From Octopus vulgaris (Eukaryota), in NCBI GenBank assembly GCA_951406725.2, contig OX597826.1, positions 54,002,001-54,066,000 of the forward strand: a stretch of DNA of 64,000 nt, in the 5' to 3' direction. Each line of letters begins with the position of its first letter. The stretch's first letter is position 1. Below are positions 50,471-64,000 of this stretch, piece by piece. The notes beneath the pieces are model-generated. The model ran no database searches, was not told where the DNA came from, and worked only from the letters and a program-made list of their open reading frames with translations. The translations under genes and the position numbers were made by a program.

Positions 50471-52002
50471 TTAAACTTGCTAAAATGATATTCGGAATGC
50501 CTTGTCTCTACTAAGTATAGCAGCAGATGTGTCACATAACATTAATTTTGAGGATCTGGTCAAAGATTTTGCAATTAAAACAAATAGGGAAAACTTTTTA
50601 AGTATAAATAAAGAGGTGCAGGAGTGGCTGTGTGGTAAGTAGCCTGCTTACCAACCACATGGTTCCGAGTTCAGTCCCACTGCGCGGCACCTTGGGCAAG
50701 TCTCTTCTACTATAGCCTCAGGCCAACCAAAGCCTTGTGAGTGGATTTGGTAGACGGAAACTGAAAGAAGCCCATCGTATATATGTATATATATGTATTT
50801 GTGTGTATATGTTTGTGTGTCTGTGTTTGTCCCCCCAACATCGCTAAGTCCTGGGGTCGATTTGCTCGACTGAAGGCGCTGCTCCAGCATGGCTGCAGTC
50901 AAATGACTGAAACAAGTGAAAGAGTGAAAGAGTAGAAGTGTACAAAAATAAATATTTTTTCCACCTTACTGTTTGTTTTGCTTCATTTTGAAAAATAAAA
51001 ACTTATTTCATGATTTATTGTGGAAGTGTATGATTTAGTGGTTCGGGTGTTTGACACATGATCATAAGATTGCGCTTTTGATTCGTGGACCAGGTGACAC
51101 ATAGTGTTCTTGAGCAAAACACTGCATTTCATATTGCACCTGACCACTCAGCTGGCAAGACGAAGTCATCCTGTGAGAGACTGGCATCCTGTCCAGGTGG
51201 GGAATATACACCACAGAAACCAGGAAACCAGCCCTATGGGTCTATATGACTCGGGAAGGAACTTTACTTTTTCACTACGGTTTATTATTGCTTATATTTC
51301 AAATTACATATGCATGGAGGCACCAAAATCTTTCAAGTGCTTAGGGCCTCAGTGAGTTTTATTTAATCTGGCCCTGAAACTCGTGTATAGAACACTGCCA
51401 CTGAAATGATTATCACTACCACCGTAATATCTATTAACAAATAAACTCCACCACAATGAAATCCTCATCATTATTTTCATTATTGTCTTCGTGGTAATCA
51501 CTTTTGAGCAGAAGTAATCCCCTTGTAAATTAAGTTTTATGATCTACATTCTGTTTGAGGTTGAAGCTATTTCATTTATATTGCTAACAACTTTGACAAA
51601 TATATGGAGATCATAACATTTGCTTAACCTATTAAAGAAACAATTATTGTCTATGCTATCAGTGGAATTAGTATTTCCATGTTCTGTCTGATAACACTTA
51701 GCAATGTTGAACCATTAATTGTGAATATATATTAATAAATATTATCTAAGTACAAGCATGGTTGTGTGGTTAAGAAACTCATTTTGTAACTACATGGCTT
51801 TGGGTTCAATCACACTATGTGACACCTTAAATAGTGTTTACTAATATAACCCCAGGCAAATCAATGGGTTGTGACGGAATTTGGTAGACAGAAACTGTAG
51901 GAAGGACTTTGTATGTGCGTGTGTGTGTTTGCATGTATACATATACATACATATAAACACACACACACACAAACATATCAGCCCGGCAAAGGTGATGATA
52001 AC

Positions 52003-52049
<47 letters not shown>

Positions 52050-52148
52050 TTTAAAATAAATTAATTTACTCTGCTATGTATTGAGTACCTTATTTACTGT
52101 GGTTAACCCCGACTCAACCCGGGACCTACATATATATATATATATATG

Positions 52149-52545
52149 AGGTGCAGGAGTGGCTGTGTGGTAAGTAGCTTGCTTACCAACCACATGGTTC
52201 TGGGTTCAGTCCTACTGCGTGGCATCTTGGGCAAGTGTCTTCTACTATAGCCTCAGGCCGACCAAAGCCTTGTGAGTAGATTTGATAGACGGGAACTCAA
52301 AGGAGCTCGTCGTATATATGTGTATATGTGTGTGTATGTTTGTGTGTCTGAGTTTGTCCCCCTAGCATTGCTTGACAACTGATGCTGGAATGTTTATGTT
52401 CCTGTCACTTAGCAGTTCGGCAAAAAGACCGATAAAATAAGTACTGGGCTTACAAAGAATAATTCCTGAGGTGATTTGCTCAACTAAAGGCGGTGCTCCA
52501 GCATGGCTGCAGTCAAATGACTGAAACAGTAAAAGAGTAAAAGAT
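52149..52545 (+). mobile_element. SINE family A
   Basis: Full head-to-tail match to 15867-16285. Confidence 0.9.
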
Positions 52546-52716
52546 ATATACATCACTAAAGCAACTGAGGATGCTATTCAGTACCAGTATTGCTAGAAAT
52601 AAAAGTCAAAACAACTCATAGCCACAATAGTGCACTGTCTTATGACTTGTTTTGACTCTTATTTCTAGCAAACTTTTGCTGAATAGTGCCCTCAGTTGCT
52701 TTAGTGATGTATATAT
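52544..52716. repeat. Imperfect inverted repeat with ~75-bp arms
   Basis: atatatacatcactaaagcaactgagg...ctagaaataaaagtcaaaacaa pairs with ttgttttgactcttatttctag...ctcagttgctttagtgatgtatatat. Confidence 0.85.
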
Positions 52717-53687
52717 TTTTGCCTTTCAGTTGAAAAATTGCTAACAAGCCACCCATATTATTTATTATTTACACCTTTACTACTTATGAAATCAGTGTAC
52801 AATTCCTATGGTGATCTTATAAGCTGACAAGGCAAGTTGAGTTTAACCCAAGGCACTGGTGAGTGTTAATGGAAATGTGAAATTACTGGTGATCTGGCTA
52901 TACCTTGTGATTATGAAGCTCGCCTCCCTTGTCAGTAAATAAGATGGTGCATTATTGTGGCTAGGAGTTGTTTTGACTCTTATTTCTAGCAATACTGGTG
53001 CCAAGCTGGATCAACCTTTGCTTTTTCCTTGGATAACATTGGTGGCATGGAGAAAGGCGGCTGGTATGCATGGGTGATAGCTGGTCTTCCATAAACAACC
53101 TTGCCTGGACTTGTGCCTCAAAGGGTATATTTCTGGGCACAATTCCATGATCATTCAAGGCCAAAAGAGGTCTTTACCTTTACCAAAGGGTGGCAAGATG
53201 CACGTGGGTACTTAAATGGAAGAGGTGCAAAACTAGTCATCACCAAAGAACAGAGGCCATTATTGTAGTAATAGAAAATACAGAGAGAAGACAACATACC
53301 TGTGGGTTAATACTGAAGTGTGTCTGTGCGAGTCTATTAAGGATTGTCAGCCTCAGCTTTGAGATGTTAGAAGTGAGAATGACAGGGTGAGCAACTTTCA
53401 CTCTCGGTGTATGTAGGTTCATGGTGACATGGAAATGATTGCAAGCCTGGCAGAGGGAAATGGAGGAGTTTGAAAGAGTTTTACTTAGTGTGTGCAAGGT
53501 GGAGTTGTATATAAATCAGGAGCAATTGTACAACCTTTCTCCTCAGAAGTACTGCTTATAGAACCATCAAAGTTGAGACACAAAGAGAAGGAGAAAGGAG
53601 TATACAGTAATCACTCACCATATCATAGTCCACCTATCATACCCTCAATACATCACGGATTTTTCTAGCTAACATATGTAAATTTAT

Positions 53688-53925
53688 TAAGGCGGTGAAC
53701 TGGCAGAGTTGTTAGCATGCCGGGCGAAATTTCTTAGCGGTATTTCATCTGCCGTTATGTTCTGAGTTCAAATTCCACCAAAGTCAACTTTGCCTTTCAT
53801 CCTTTCAGGGTTGATTAAATAAGCACCAGTTATGCACTGGAGTCGATGTAATCAACTTAATCCCTTTGTCTGTCCGTGTTTGTCTCCTCTATGTTTAGCC
53901 CCCTGTGGGCAATAAAAAAATAAAT
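53688..53925 (+). mobile_element. tRNA-derived SINE, family B, monomer
   Basis: aaggcggtgaactggcagagttgttagc...gagttcaaattcc (B box)...gcctttcatcctttcagggttgattaaataagcaccag. The central block resembles a conserved metazoan SINE domain (from memory, unverified). Confidence 0.85.
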
Positions 53926-54169
53926 ATATGTAAATTTATATTAAAGGTTTCTGCAGCCGAGAGATATTTATATTTTTTTAGATTTTAATTATTTCTGTGA
54001 TAAAATAAGCATTTTCATGCCTAAAAATTAATAAATTAATAAAAAAAAAATACAAGGGTACCATAGATGAGTACAAAGAAGTGTACAAAGAATCGCACAT
54101 ACTGTATGGAAAACGAAATTCAGGAGGCAAGTGTGTGGTGTTGTTTTGCATTTATAATAAAATAATAAT

Positions 54170-54615
54170 CATCATGATCATCATCATTGTTTAATGTCTG
54201 CTTTCCATATTAGCATGGGTTAGATGATTTGACTGAGGACTGGCAAACCAGATGGCTGCACCAGGCTCCAATCTTGATCTGGCAGGGATTCTACAGCTGA
54301 GTGCCCTTCCTAATGCCAACCACTCTGAGAGTGTAGTGGGTGCTTTTACATGCCACCAGCACGAGGGCCAGTCAGGCGGTACTGGCAACGGCCACACTCA
54401 AATGGTGTTTTTTACGGGCCACCTGCACAGGAGCCAGTCGAGCGGCACTGGCAACAACCTTGCTTGAATGTTTTTCACGTGCCAGTAAGGCGATGCTGGT
54501 AATGATCATGCTCGAATGGTGCTTTTTACGTGTCAGCGACACAGAAACCAGTTAGCTGCTCTGGCGACGATCACGCTCGGATGGTGCTTTAGCGCTCCAC
54601 TAGCACGGATGTCAG
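54170..54615 (-). mobile_element. RTE 3'-UTR copy
   Basis: Closely similar to 20228-20620. Shorter copies lie at about 7746, 10480, 14970, 18855, 26662, 33935, 41770, 49320 and 55295. Confidence 0.8.
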
Positions 54616-56338
54616 TATATACAAATTATAAAAATAATATAAAAAGATATACAGCACTGTTTCTATTGTACAGATTTTCACTTACCACAAGGGTGGTTTG
54701 GAACGTAACACCCACGGTAGTCAAGGGATTACTATACTGCAAAAGTTGTTAGAGATATGTCTACCAAAAGACTAAAAGGATTGACTGCAGTGGTCTAAGA
54801 GCAATGCTTAGATATATTCTTTGTTTCAAAAGTTCGTTTTAATAAGAATCAAAAACATTTCCTAAATCAACATGAATTAAAGTATCATATCACAAATGAC
54901 CTTTTTCTTGTCCTTTTCTGAAGATCTAAATTTTATTCATGTGCCAATTCTTGCTTTTGACACACATTGGCCTGCAATTGCTGGGCTCTAGTACTGGGAC
55001 TTAAATTACTTCTGTTAGAAATAAAAATGTTTTTTTTAAAATTCAAGCTCATGTAATGTAATCTCTTTTCCTTCTTTTATGCATTTACATGAAGTAAAGA
55101 AACAGTGCCCATAATTCATACAGACTTCACTGTACATTTAGAGCAATAGTAATAGATAGATTCTGATTGCTATGACTGGCATTCAACAGAAAGTTCTGCA
55201 GGCTGGTGCAAGAATATGTTAATAAGAAAAGAATTCTATAAACATGAAACAGTTTTAGGGAAGGAGAAATTTGTAAATTGTTTATTACAGAATAAAAAAA
55301 GCACCCAGTGCATTCTATAAAGTAATTGATGTTAGGAAGGATATCCAGTTGTAGAAATCATGCCAAAACAGAAACAGGAATTGAACATAGCTCTCTTTGC
55401 CTCATCGTTTCCAGTCAAATCATCCAACTCATGCCAGCATGGAAAAAAGGGACGTTAAATGATGATGATGATGATGGTGGTAGTGGTGGTGATGATGATG
55501 ATGATGATAAATACTAAAGAGATAATAATGATGATGGTGACTATTAAATTGATTATAATGATGATGATGAATACTAAATTGATTATAATGATGATGATGA
55601 TGATGATGATGATGACGACGACGATGATGACGACAACAATGGCAACAATGATGATGATGAATACGCAGTCTGAATAATCAATATTATAGTCTACAACAAC
55701 TGTAACTAGATCTTAGCAAATGTATGAACAGGAAATCTTTTTAACTCTTTGTAATACCAACATGCAAGAAACAACTCGTGCATACTAAAGACTTTATATC
55801 TAAATTAAAAGCTCATTACAACAGGAATGATAATGTGATTTCAGTTGGTCAACATCAATACATCATACCAATATCTTAAGTTACAGATGTTTTACTAATC
55901 AACTACCAACATCTAGATTACTACTGATAAGTAATTAACATACATAGGTAGACTTCTAATTAGAAATATAATCACGAAATGGTTAAATAAGTATAAAATG
56001 ATTCTTCTAAACAAATATCAATGGTACCAAAGCTCAATGAAATTAAGACCCAGCAACAGAAAAAAAAAAATAAATGCTGAATAAAATACTTTTGTTCTCT
56101 CTTTAAACCTAGATAATTCATATATATATATTCTGTCATTGTTTTATTGGTAGCAGTCATAGAACTGTAGCATTGATTACATCACCCGGCTCGGTAGTTT
56201 GGTACATATTTTGTTGATTGAATAAAGTATAAAATGCGAAGTGGACATGTATATCACAAAGTATTGTTGTTCATTTGTTCACCCCCAACAATGATATGAA
56301 TGTGACATATGCACAAACACACACACACACACGTATGC

Positions 56339-56369
<31 letters not shown>

Positions 56370-58809
56370 TGGATAGATAGACAGATAGACAGATAGAGGG
56401 ACAGCTGCATGAATAAATGGACAAACAGAGGATGGATGAACAGACAGATGGACAGAAAGATGGATGGATGGACATAGAGAGACAGACAGATGGACAGAGA
56501 GACAGACAGACAGATAGATATATGAAAGGATGGATGGATGGATGGATAGATAGATAGATGGAGACAGACACACAGATGGACAAACAGACAGATGGATGGA
56601 TGGAAAGACAACCGGACAGACAGACAGATACGCAAACACACATTCAAGATGCATTTCTGTACAGTTTCCATCCATCAACTATCACTCACAAGGTATCTGT
56701 CAATGTGAAAAAAAACGTTAAAAGACACTTGCCCAAAGTGCTGTGCAGTAAGATTGAACTTGAAACCATGTTGTTGAAAAGCAAACTTCTTAACCACACA
56801 GCCATGAATGCATCAAAAATATTTTTAGATTTAGATGCCAGGTAAAAGAAGGAAATGAAAAATTCTGAAAACAGTGTTTAGTTTTGAAGCATATCAAAGT
56901 ATTAGGATTGACATTTTCATTAAGAGTGTGTGGTATATAAAGAATGGTTAGCCAATATGGCAAAAGGAAGTGGACAGGCTCAGAGCCAAGACAATCCAAC
57001 TACATAAAAATAAAAAAACTGTGATTTGAATTTGGCATTAAAAAAGGTTTCCATTTATATAAAGCTCAGGCATCTGGAGTCATTCCAACATTTTCAAAGA
57101 CATTAAAATGCCATTATATAACTGATGTATTATGATTATTCAATTAAGGGACTAATTGAAACTGAAATTAAGTAGATTGAGGTTTATAAATTACTAAAAA
57201 AAAAAAAAGCAAAATATATAATTCTAGTTTAAATATATTCTGTCATCTAAACCTTCAATTTATAAAAAAAAAAAATTCTAGAACAGAAAATTTCATTATC
57301 TTACAACTAGATCAATAAATCAAAAATAAATCAATTAAAAAAGAAATGAGATAAAATTTTAAAAACAGATACAATAGAGCATTTTAAACTCAGAAACTAG
57401 TCTCTTCAACATGTTCACCTAAACATATACAGGCATTGGCTTGATAACGTGTTGCTTGAAGATTCTAAATCAACTGGCAGCAGTTTTTACATCCTATGAA
57501 TAATAATTACAAATTTCATGAATTTTTAGATATCACGCAAAAAATATTACAACAAACCCTCCTCTTCCTTCACCACTGCCACCTCCTCCTCCTCCTCTCC
57601 CGTTCCCCTCCTTCCCCTTTTAATGTCCACTTTTCCATGCTCACAGGGGCCAGATGGAATTCAGTGAGACAAGGAGACACTAATACACACACATACACAT
57701 AAACACACATAAACACACACAAACACACACATACATATAAACACACACAAACACATACACACATGACAGGCTTCTTTCAGTTTTCATCTATCAAATTCAC
57801 TCACAAGGCTTTGCTCAGCCCAGGGCTATAGAAATAGACATTTGCCCAACTGCATGCTTTTAGGATTGAACACAAAACCATGTGGTTGGAAAGCAAATTT
57901 CTCAACTACACGGCCACACCTGTGTCAGAAGATAAATGAAGTTTCTGATATTAGAACAAATCAACAGAATGCAATTCCAGAGTACCTTGACACGCTGAGA
58001 TTAATCACAGGCAACACTCCCTCCAATTTTCCCCAACCATTAAGAGAAACCTTTGATGCTTTGAGCAAAAGTATTTAAAATTCAAAGCCAGTCCTTAACA
58101 TTCAAGCTTTAATGTAACTTATGAAGCACATATCTGTAAATTAGAATTGCAGCAACATATTGATGTGTGCAACACTAATGCAGTGACTGTGCTGTTGTGC
58201 ATGTGTGCAGCTTAGAGGGAATGTTGTACATAGAAATCTAAGAGTTGTGTGAGCTACTCTGAAAGATAAACTTCTTGATTACAAAGATGAATTAAGGATT
58301 GAGTCTATACAGAGTGTTTGGGCTAAATTTGATTTTTTTTTTATGTCTCCTGTTTTTAGGAACAGCTTGATGTACTGGTAAACAGTCAACGGTGTTGGAG
58401 AGCATAAAGATTATAGTTGTAGTCATGAAAAAGTTAGCTGACGTGGAGGACTGGAAACCATGGTGGAAACACATGGCTTAGTGGTTAGAGTGTTCGACTC
58501 ATAATCATAAGATTTTGGTTTTGATTCCTGGACTGGGTGATGCATTGTGTTCATTTCATGTTGCTTCAGTCCACTCAGCTGGCAAAATGAGTAATCCTGT
58601 GATGGACTGGTGTCCCATCCAGGTGGGGAATTTACACACCATGGAAACCGGCCCTTATGAGTCAGCACCATTCAAGAAGGTATCTTTACTAACTTTTACT
58701 GGAAACCATCTGAATATTTGAAGAGTTACCTGTATCAAAATGCCACCATCATGACTACTGCTTAAAGCTCTGTAAACACTGGAAAAGCTGTAAGGCATGA
58801 CATGGACAT

Positions 58810-59295
58810 CATGAAAACCAAGTTCCTCAAAAACTGTGATAGACTCTGGGAGTGCCTCCAGTGGAGGTGACATCATGCCACCATACATCTTTGAACAGGG
58901 CCTTAGGCTTAATTATGAAGCTGCTGGAGACTGTGGTCAATCCCTGGCTGGAAAGGGCTACTGCTGGAAGGCCATATGAGTGGCAGCAGGATTCAGCTTC
59001 TTGTCATACCTCCGGGAAGAGTTAGAAGTGGCTATCAGAAAATTTTTATGAATTCACCGGCCCCATTTTTCTGGCCTTCTAATTCCTCCACTCCCCAACT
59101 GTAATTCCATGGATTACTATGTGTGGGGTGTGGTTGAGAAAGACACCAGCCACTGGAACACCAAGGCTGGAGGCCAAGATCAAAGTGGTGTTCAAAGATC
59201 TTCCCAGAGACACAGTAAGGAAGGCATGTGCCTAGTTCTGGAGCCTTCTTGAGGCCATCCTGGTGGAAACTGAGGATGGCTACTTTGAGCAAACT
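58810..59295 (+). pseudogene. Tc1/mariner-superfamily (maT/DD37D-like) transposase remnant
   Basis: Fragments GDIMPPYIFEQGLRLN, LLETVVNPWLERATAGRPYEWQQDSASCHTSGKS*KWLSENF, FWPSNS and CNSMDYYVWGVVEK match the QQD.A..H and WPPNSPDLNPxDYxxW motifs; stop codon and frameshifts present. Confidence 0.8.
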
Positions 59296-60279
59296 GTTAT
59301 CTCCCAACTATAAATGAGTTGATATTTTTTGAGTTTTGAAAATAATTTAATTTTTGGATGGGGTTTTGTGTTTTGTAGTGTCTAGGTAGGGTCATTATGC
59401 AAATATAATTAACACACATGCCAGTTCAATTCCACCCATTTATCAAATATCTGACTGTTTTGTTTTTGTTTGTCAAAATTCTTTCGTTGAAAAGGTTGCA
59501 AGAAGCAATGAAAGAGCTTTGACAAACAAAAACAAAACAATAAATGAGTGGAATTGAACCAGTGTGTCTGTTAATTATATTGGCATAATGACCCTCCATA
59601 GACACAACAAAATTTGCTTCAACACACAAATTCACATAAAGAATCTTGCAAACAAGATACAAAAACGAAGAAGCATTGTGTTTTCTTTACCTTTCATGCA
59701 TCAATGTATATAACAAATGTAGACCAAACATCTTGTATTTTACAGGACATGTTTCATGTCTAAAATCAGTATAATTACCATAACTCGTAATGCTTTTCTT
59801 TACTTTTAAAAATCATTTGGGCTTCTACAACAGATAAAATAATTTGAATCATAGCATGAATTTCAGCCTCTCAAAAACTAGTGTCTGTTTAAAAGTTAAC
59901 TCCATAAACTTAACCTTTAACAAAATGGTCCAAAAAGTCGACTTTGACACAAACATATACAATAAGTGCTTGTTTGTAGGAACAAGGCATTCACCATAGT
60001 ACAGCAAAGCCCTGTATTACCAGCTGAGGGATTAATTCATGAAACTTTTGCCACTCTGTTCTTACTTTTGCAAATATGCTTTCAGAACACCTATTGCTAC
60101 TACTAGGTAACAGATCACCTAGGTAACAGAATACACCAATTATTTCTAGGGAGCATTCGAAATCTTTGTAAGAATTTATTTTACTGATTTTCTTACTACT
60201 AACTACACCTGAGCATCAATTACGTACAAAATGTTTTTGTCTCTGTCAGACTTCCTGTGATTTCACAGGCAATCTGACA

Positions 60280-61200
60280 TACTGTATACTCTTAGGTTAC
60301 ATTTTATTTGTACGCTGTATAGATACATAGTTATTATCTTCCACTTTTCAGCATATTAAGCATGGCCACCTTCCAGATGACAGTACAGTCCCGTCTTCTT
60401 TTCCACTAAAACCTATGTTTTTTTTTCACTAGGCTTACTTTGGGGCCACTTGAAGAATCAAGGTTTTGTTTCTTTAACAGATTCAGGTACGAGGATTATG
60501 TCACCAGCATACAGAAGTTTCCATGGACAGACAGACAGAGTTATGACCGGGAGAATAGGCTGCACTCTAAATCCTTTGCTGAACTCATGCTAACTCTCAC
60601 CTTGCTAATGTTAATTATCTATTTATATGGCTTACACATCTCTCACAAGCCATTCATCTACACTTAGTTTTCTTAGTAACCACCAGACAACTGAATGATG
60701 GACCCCCATGAAAGTCCTTCAGGTCACACAATGTGCATAGTGGATCACATTTAATTAAGAACTTCTCTTGCTGTTGTTTCACTAGCAATAGGGCATGAGT
60801 GGCACTCCTCTATCCTGAGGTACACTTGGAATGCGTTTCCTCTAAGTTTCCTTTCTTATCAGTTGTGCTATATCTCTTTCTGATGTTGTTATAACCCCAT
60901 CCATCAGTTTGAAGCCTCTATAGTTGCAACTTTCTAGAACATTTCTTATGTTCTTGTAGTAGTTGACGATGCTAATGATGTTATTCCTACATCAGTGATT
61001 AGTTGTGAATCCTCCCTTACTACGTGAGCGACTATGAGAATGAATAATATGTGTCCTTCTCACCAGATATATTTTTACCATTTCAGAGGTCATCCCTGAA
61101 ATTCCAGCTACTTCTCATGCTTTCATAACCTTAGTTGCACTTTCACTGTTACAGCTGTCAATTTAGATAGCTCATCCCTTAGTTGGGTCAACTTGAACTA
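60280..61200 (-). mobile_element. Degraded RTE-like RT fragment
   Basis: Minus-strand PWKLLYAGDIILV (~60525-60487) resembles the RTE PWELLYADD motif; boundaries approximate. Confidence 0.5.
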
Positions 61201-61244
61201 CAGCCTCTCTCTCCCATACATATTCTTTCTTTCATTCATTTTTT

Positions 61245-61630
61245 CACTTGTTTCAGTCATTTGACTGCGGCCATGCTGGAGCACCACCTTTAGTCGAGCA
61301 AATCGACCCCGGGACTTATTCTTTGTAAGCCCAGTACTTATTCTATCGGTCTCTTTTTGCCGAACCGCTAAGTGACGGGGGACGTAAACACATCAGCATC
61401 GGTTGTCAAGCAATGCTAGGGGTACAAACACAGACACACACGCATACATATATATATACATATATACGACAGGCTTCTTTCAGTTTCCATCTACCAAATC
61501 CACTCACAAGGCATTGGTCGGCCCGGGGCTATAGCAGAAGACACTTGCCCAAGATGCCATGCAGTGGGACTGAACCCGGAACCATGTGGTTGGTTAGCAA
61601 GCTACTTACCACACAGCCACTCCTGCACCT
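61245..61630 (-). mobile_element. SINE family A, CpG-rich young copy
   Basis: Full-length reverse complement. Further copies at about 1265, 4930, 18528, 23345, 25955, 26497, 28340, 33010, 40366, 45315, 50616 and 57760. Confidence 0.9.
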
Positions 61631-62429
61631 ATGCCTCATTCAGAAACACTTTTAGTAATATTTCTAAGCCTCTTTCCTCTCAATGCTAGTGAGTGCAAGG
61701 GCACTATCATTCCTTATAATCTCTACTCAAAAGACACCTGGATTTTATACTAACATATTACTTTGCAACCTGGAATACCTCACTCCACTGATCACCTTGT
61801 CACACAACATTGGCAAACTTCTTACTTTCAGCATCTACCCATGATATATACATTATGTAAAATCAATAATCATTTGTTTTATAAATCAATCCAAAAACTA
61901 ATTTTATTTGATCTAATTTATATTACAATATATTTTAGTTAACAAGTCTGGTAACTGAAATTGAAATCTAGAAATATAGATGAAGGGAGATAACTAATAT
62001 TTAAAAAAAAATTATAAGCCTCATCACTCAAGGGCAATAACTTAATACTTCAGTTTTGATGATACAAAATTAAACTAAATGGCCAACAATTAATAAATAG
62101 CAGAGGCTGGACAGGCAATACAGCTTATAGTCATAGCAGTGGAATCACTAGAATTGCACACCTTGAAGGTATCACTTAATTTTTATTTCAAATAAGCTGG
62201 CTTCATAGCTAGGGAATATCAACTAGTTGCGTATCTGCAAACTAAATGGACCCTTCTGTGAGTGTGTAATAATCTTCATTCATTTAATGACTCTATAGAC
62301 ACTTTTTTAAATATTCCATTTGAATTCTTCACCCCCATTTTATTCAGTATATTATTGTTATTTTATTTATGAACTCACCAAGCAGTAAGCGTGATTTCAT
62401 TAAATGGATGAAAAACTATTTATATACTA

Positions 62430-62530
62430 TGAAAAATAAGTCATCGTCTTCATCATCATCATCATCATCAATAAAAATTTATGAAAAATTTATGAAAAAT
62501 AAGTCATCATCGTCGTCGTCGTCGTCATCG

Positions 62531-62568
<38 letters not shown>

Positions 62569-62885
62569 ATCATCATCATCATCATCATCAATAAAAGTTT
62601 ATTAACTTTGAATAATCGTTATCATCACCACTATCATTATCAGCAACATTATCATCGTCGTCATCATCATCATCATCATCATCACTACCATCCATACCAC
62701 CACCACCACCACCATCACCACCAACGCTGCCATTAACATTATCGTCATTCACATTGTTACCAATGCCACTATCCCCACCCAACACCAACGTCACTACCAT
62801 CTACAACTACACCACCACCACTACCACCACCACCACCACCACCACCACCACCCACCACCCCACCACCACCATCACGACCACCAGT
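62430..62885. repeat. (CAT/CGT)n and (CAC)n tracts with a local tandem duplication
   Basis: atgaaaaataagtcatc...catcaataaaa occurs twice. Confidence 0.85.
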
Positions 62886-63221
62886 TTTTCACTCTTACAC
62901 AACTTTGATGGCCATAGCCATTTCTTCTCTGTTCCTCACTGTATTCAGCTAATACATTTATGCAACCAAACTTCCAAATTGTAGTAGATTAATCATCTTT
63001 CTACCATATTTGCCCCCCACCGTCATCTTTGAGCGCCGTTTATACATTTCAATGAACTAGGATTTCACTACACAATTTAACATCAAAGTAAATAAAAGTG
63101 TGTATATTTATAGAACTTGATGATGGAAAAATTCTACTAAAACTATTAGTGTAAATGAACAATGAAAGAGGATGCTTATAGAATGATAAATGTTTACCAT
63201 CCTGTTAATACCTCACATCAG

Positions 63222-64000
63222 TATCATCATCATCATTTAATGTCCCTTTTCCATGCTAGCATGGGTTGAACAATTCAACCAGGGTCTGGAAAGCCAGGAG
63301 TCTGCACCAGGCTCCCGTCTTATCTGGCAGTGTTTCTACAGCTGGATGCCCTTCCTAACACCAACCACTCCATGAGTGTAGTGGGTGCTTTCTGCATGCC
63401 ACCAGCACAGGGGCCAGAGGAGGCTGGCAATGGCCATGATTGGTTGGTGCTTTTTACATACCACCGGCACGGAAGCCTGTCAAGGCAGCGCTGGCATCGG
63501 CCACATTCAGATGGTGCTTTTTACGTGCCACCGGCATGGGTATCACAACAATTTCCATTTGACTTTTATTTTGATTTTGATTCTGATTTTGATTTTGATG
63601 TTGATGTACTTGACTCAATAGGTCTCCTCAAGCACAGCAGGTCTCCCTATGATCCAAAAGGTAAGTCCTGCAATCTAAGGTACTTTGAATGGGCTGGGGC
63701 TGGTTATGTGAAGCTGGTGTAGGATACAGCCATGAACTCACTTTATTTGTTGGGTCTTCGCAGTCACAGCATATCTCCAGAGGTCTCGGTCTTTCATCAT
63801 TGCCTCTGTGAGGCCCAACGTCTGAAGGTCATGCTTGACCACCTCATCCTTTGTCTTCCTGGGTCTACCTCTACCCCAGATTCCTTCAACTGTTAGGGAA
63901 TGGCACTTCTTCACACATCTCTCCTCATCCATCCATAGTACATGACCATACCAGTGCAAACGTCTCTCTTGTACACCACACCTGATGCTTCTTATGTCCA
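63222..64000 (-). mobile_element. RTE-clade LINE 3' end (ORF C-terminus, 3' UTR and (GAT)n tail)
   Basis: ORF 63738-63959, HWYGHVLWMDEERCVKK...GRGRPRKT...DRDLWR, is a typical RTE C-terminus. It is contiguous with the UTR found as many truncated copies in the window. Confidence 0.85.

Noticed and set aside
53190-53640. Possible Penelope GIY-YIG remnant
   Set aside because: The resemblance is too weak to support without a profile search.

Overview
Eukaryotic, AT-rich, repeat-saturated DNA. The tRNA-derived SINE families, (GAT)n-tailed RTE ends and dense microsatellites fit an octopod cephalopod genome; this is inferred from repeat content. Almost all ORFs in the supplied track are microsatellite or SINE artefacts. 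The only credible host-gene coding piece is a 90-nt minus-strand exon (36338-36427) resembling the first common exon of cGMP-stimulated phosphodiesterase PDE2A, at the edge of a ~9 kb CpG-retaining domain. The rest comprises three SINE families, RTE, R4/Dong-like and CR1-like LINE remnants, a maT-type transposase remnant, Helitron pieces, piggyBac- and hAT-type MITEs, and one clear and one possible solo LTR. The most interesting signal is a set of short elements carrying minimal Penelope-type hammerhead-ribozyme motifs. One is a tRNA-headed SINE with a hammerhead tail, an inverted terminal duplication and a 13-bp TSD (21269-21667). Another copy starts at the predicted self-cleavage site (28002). 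There are also several long fold-back palindromes.
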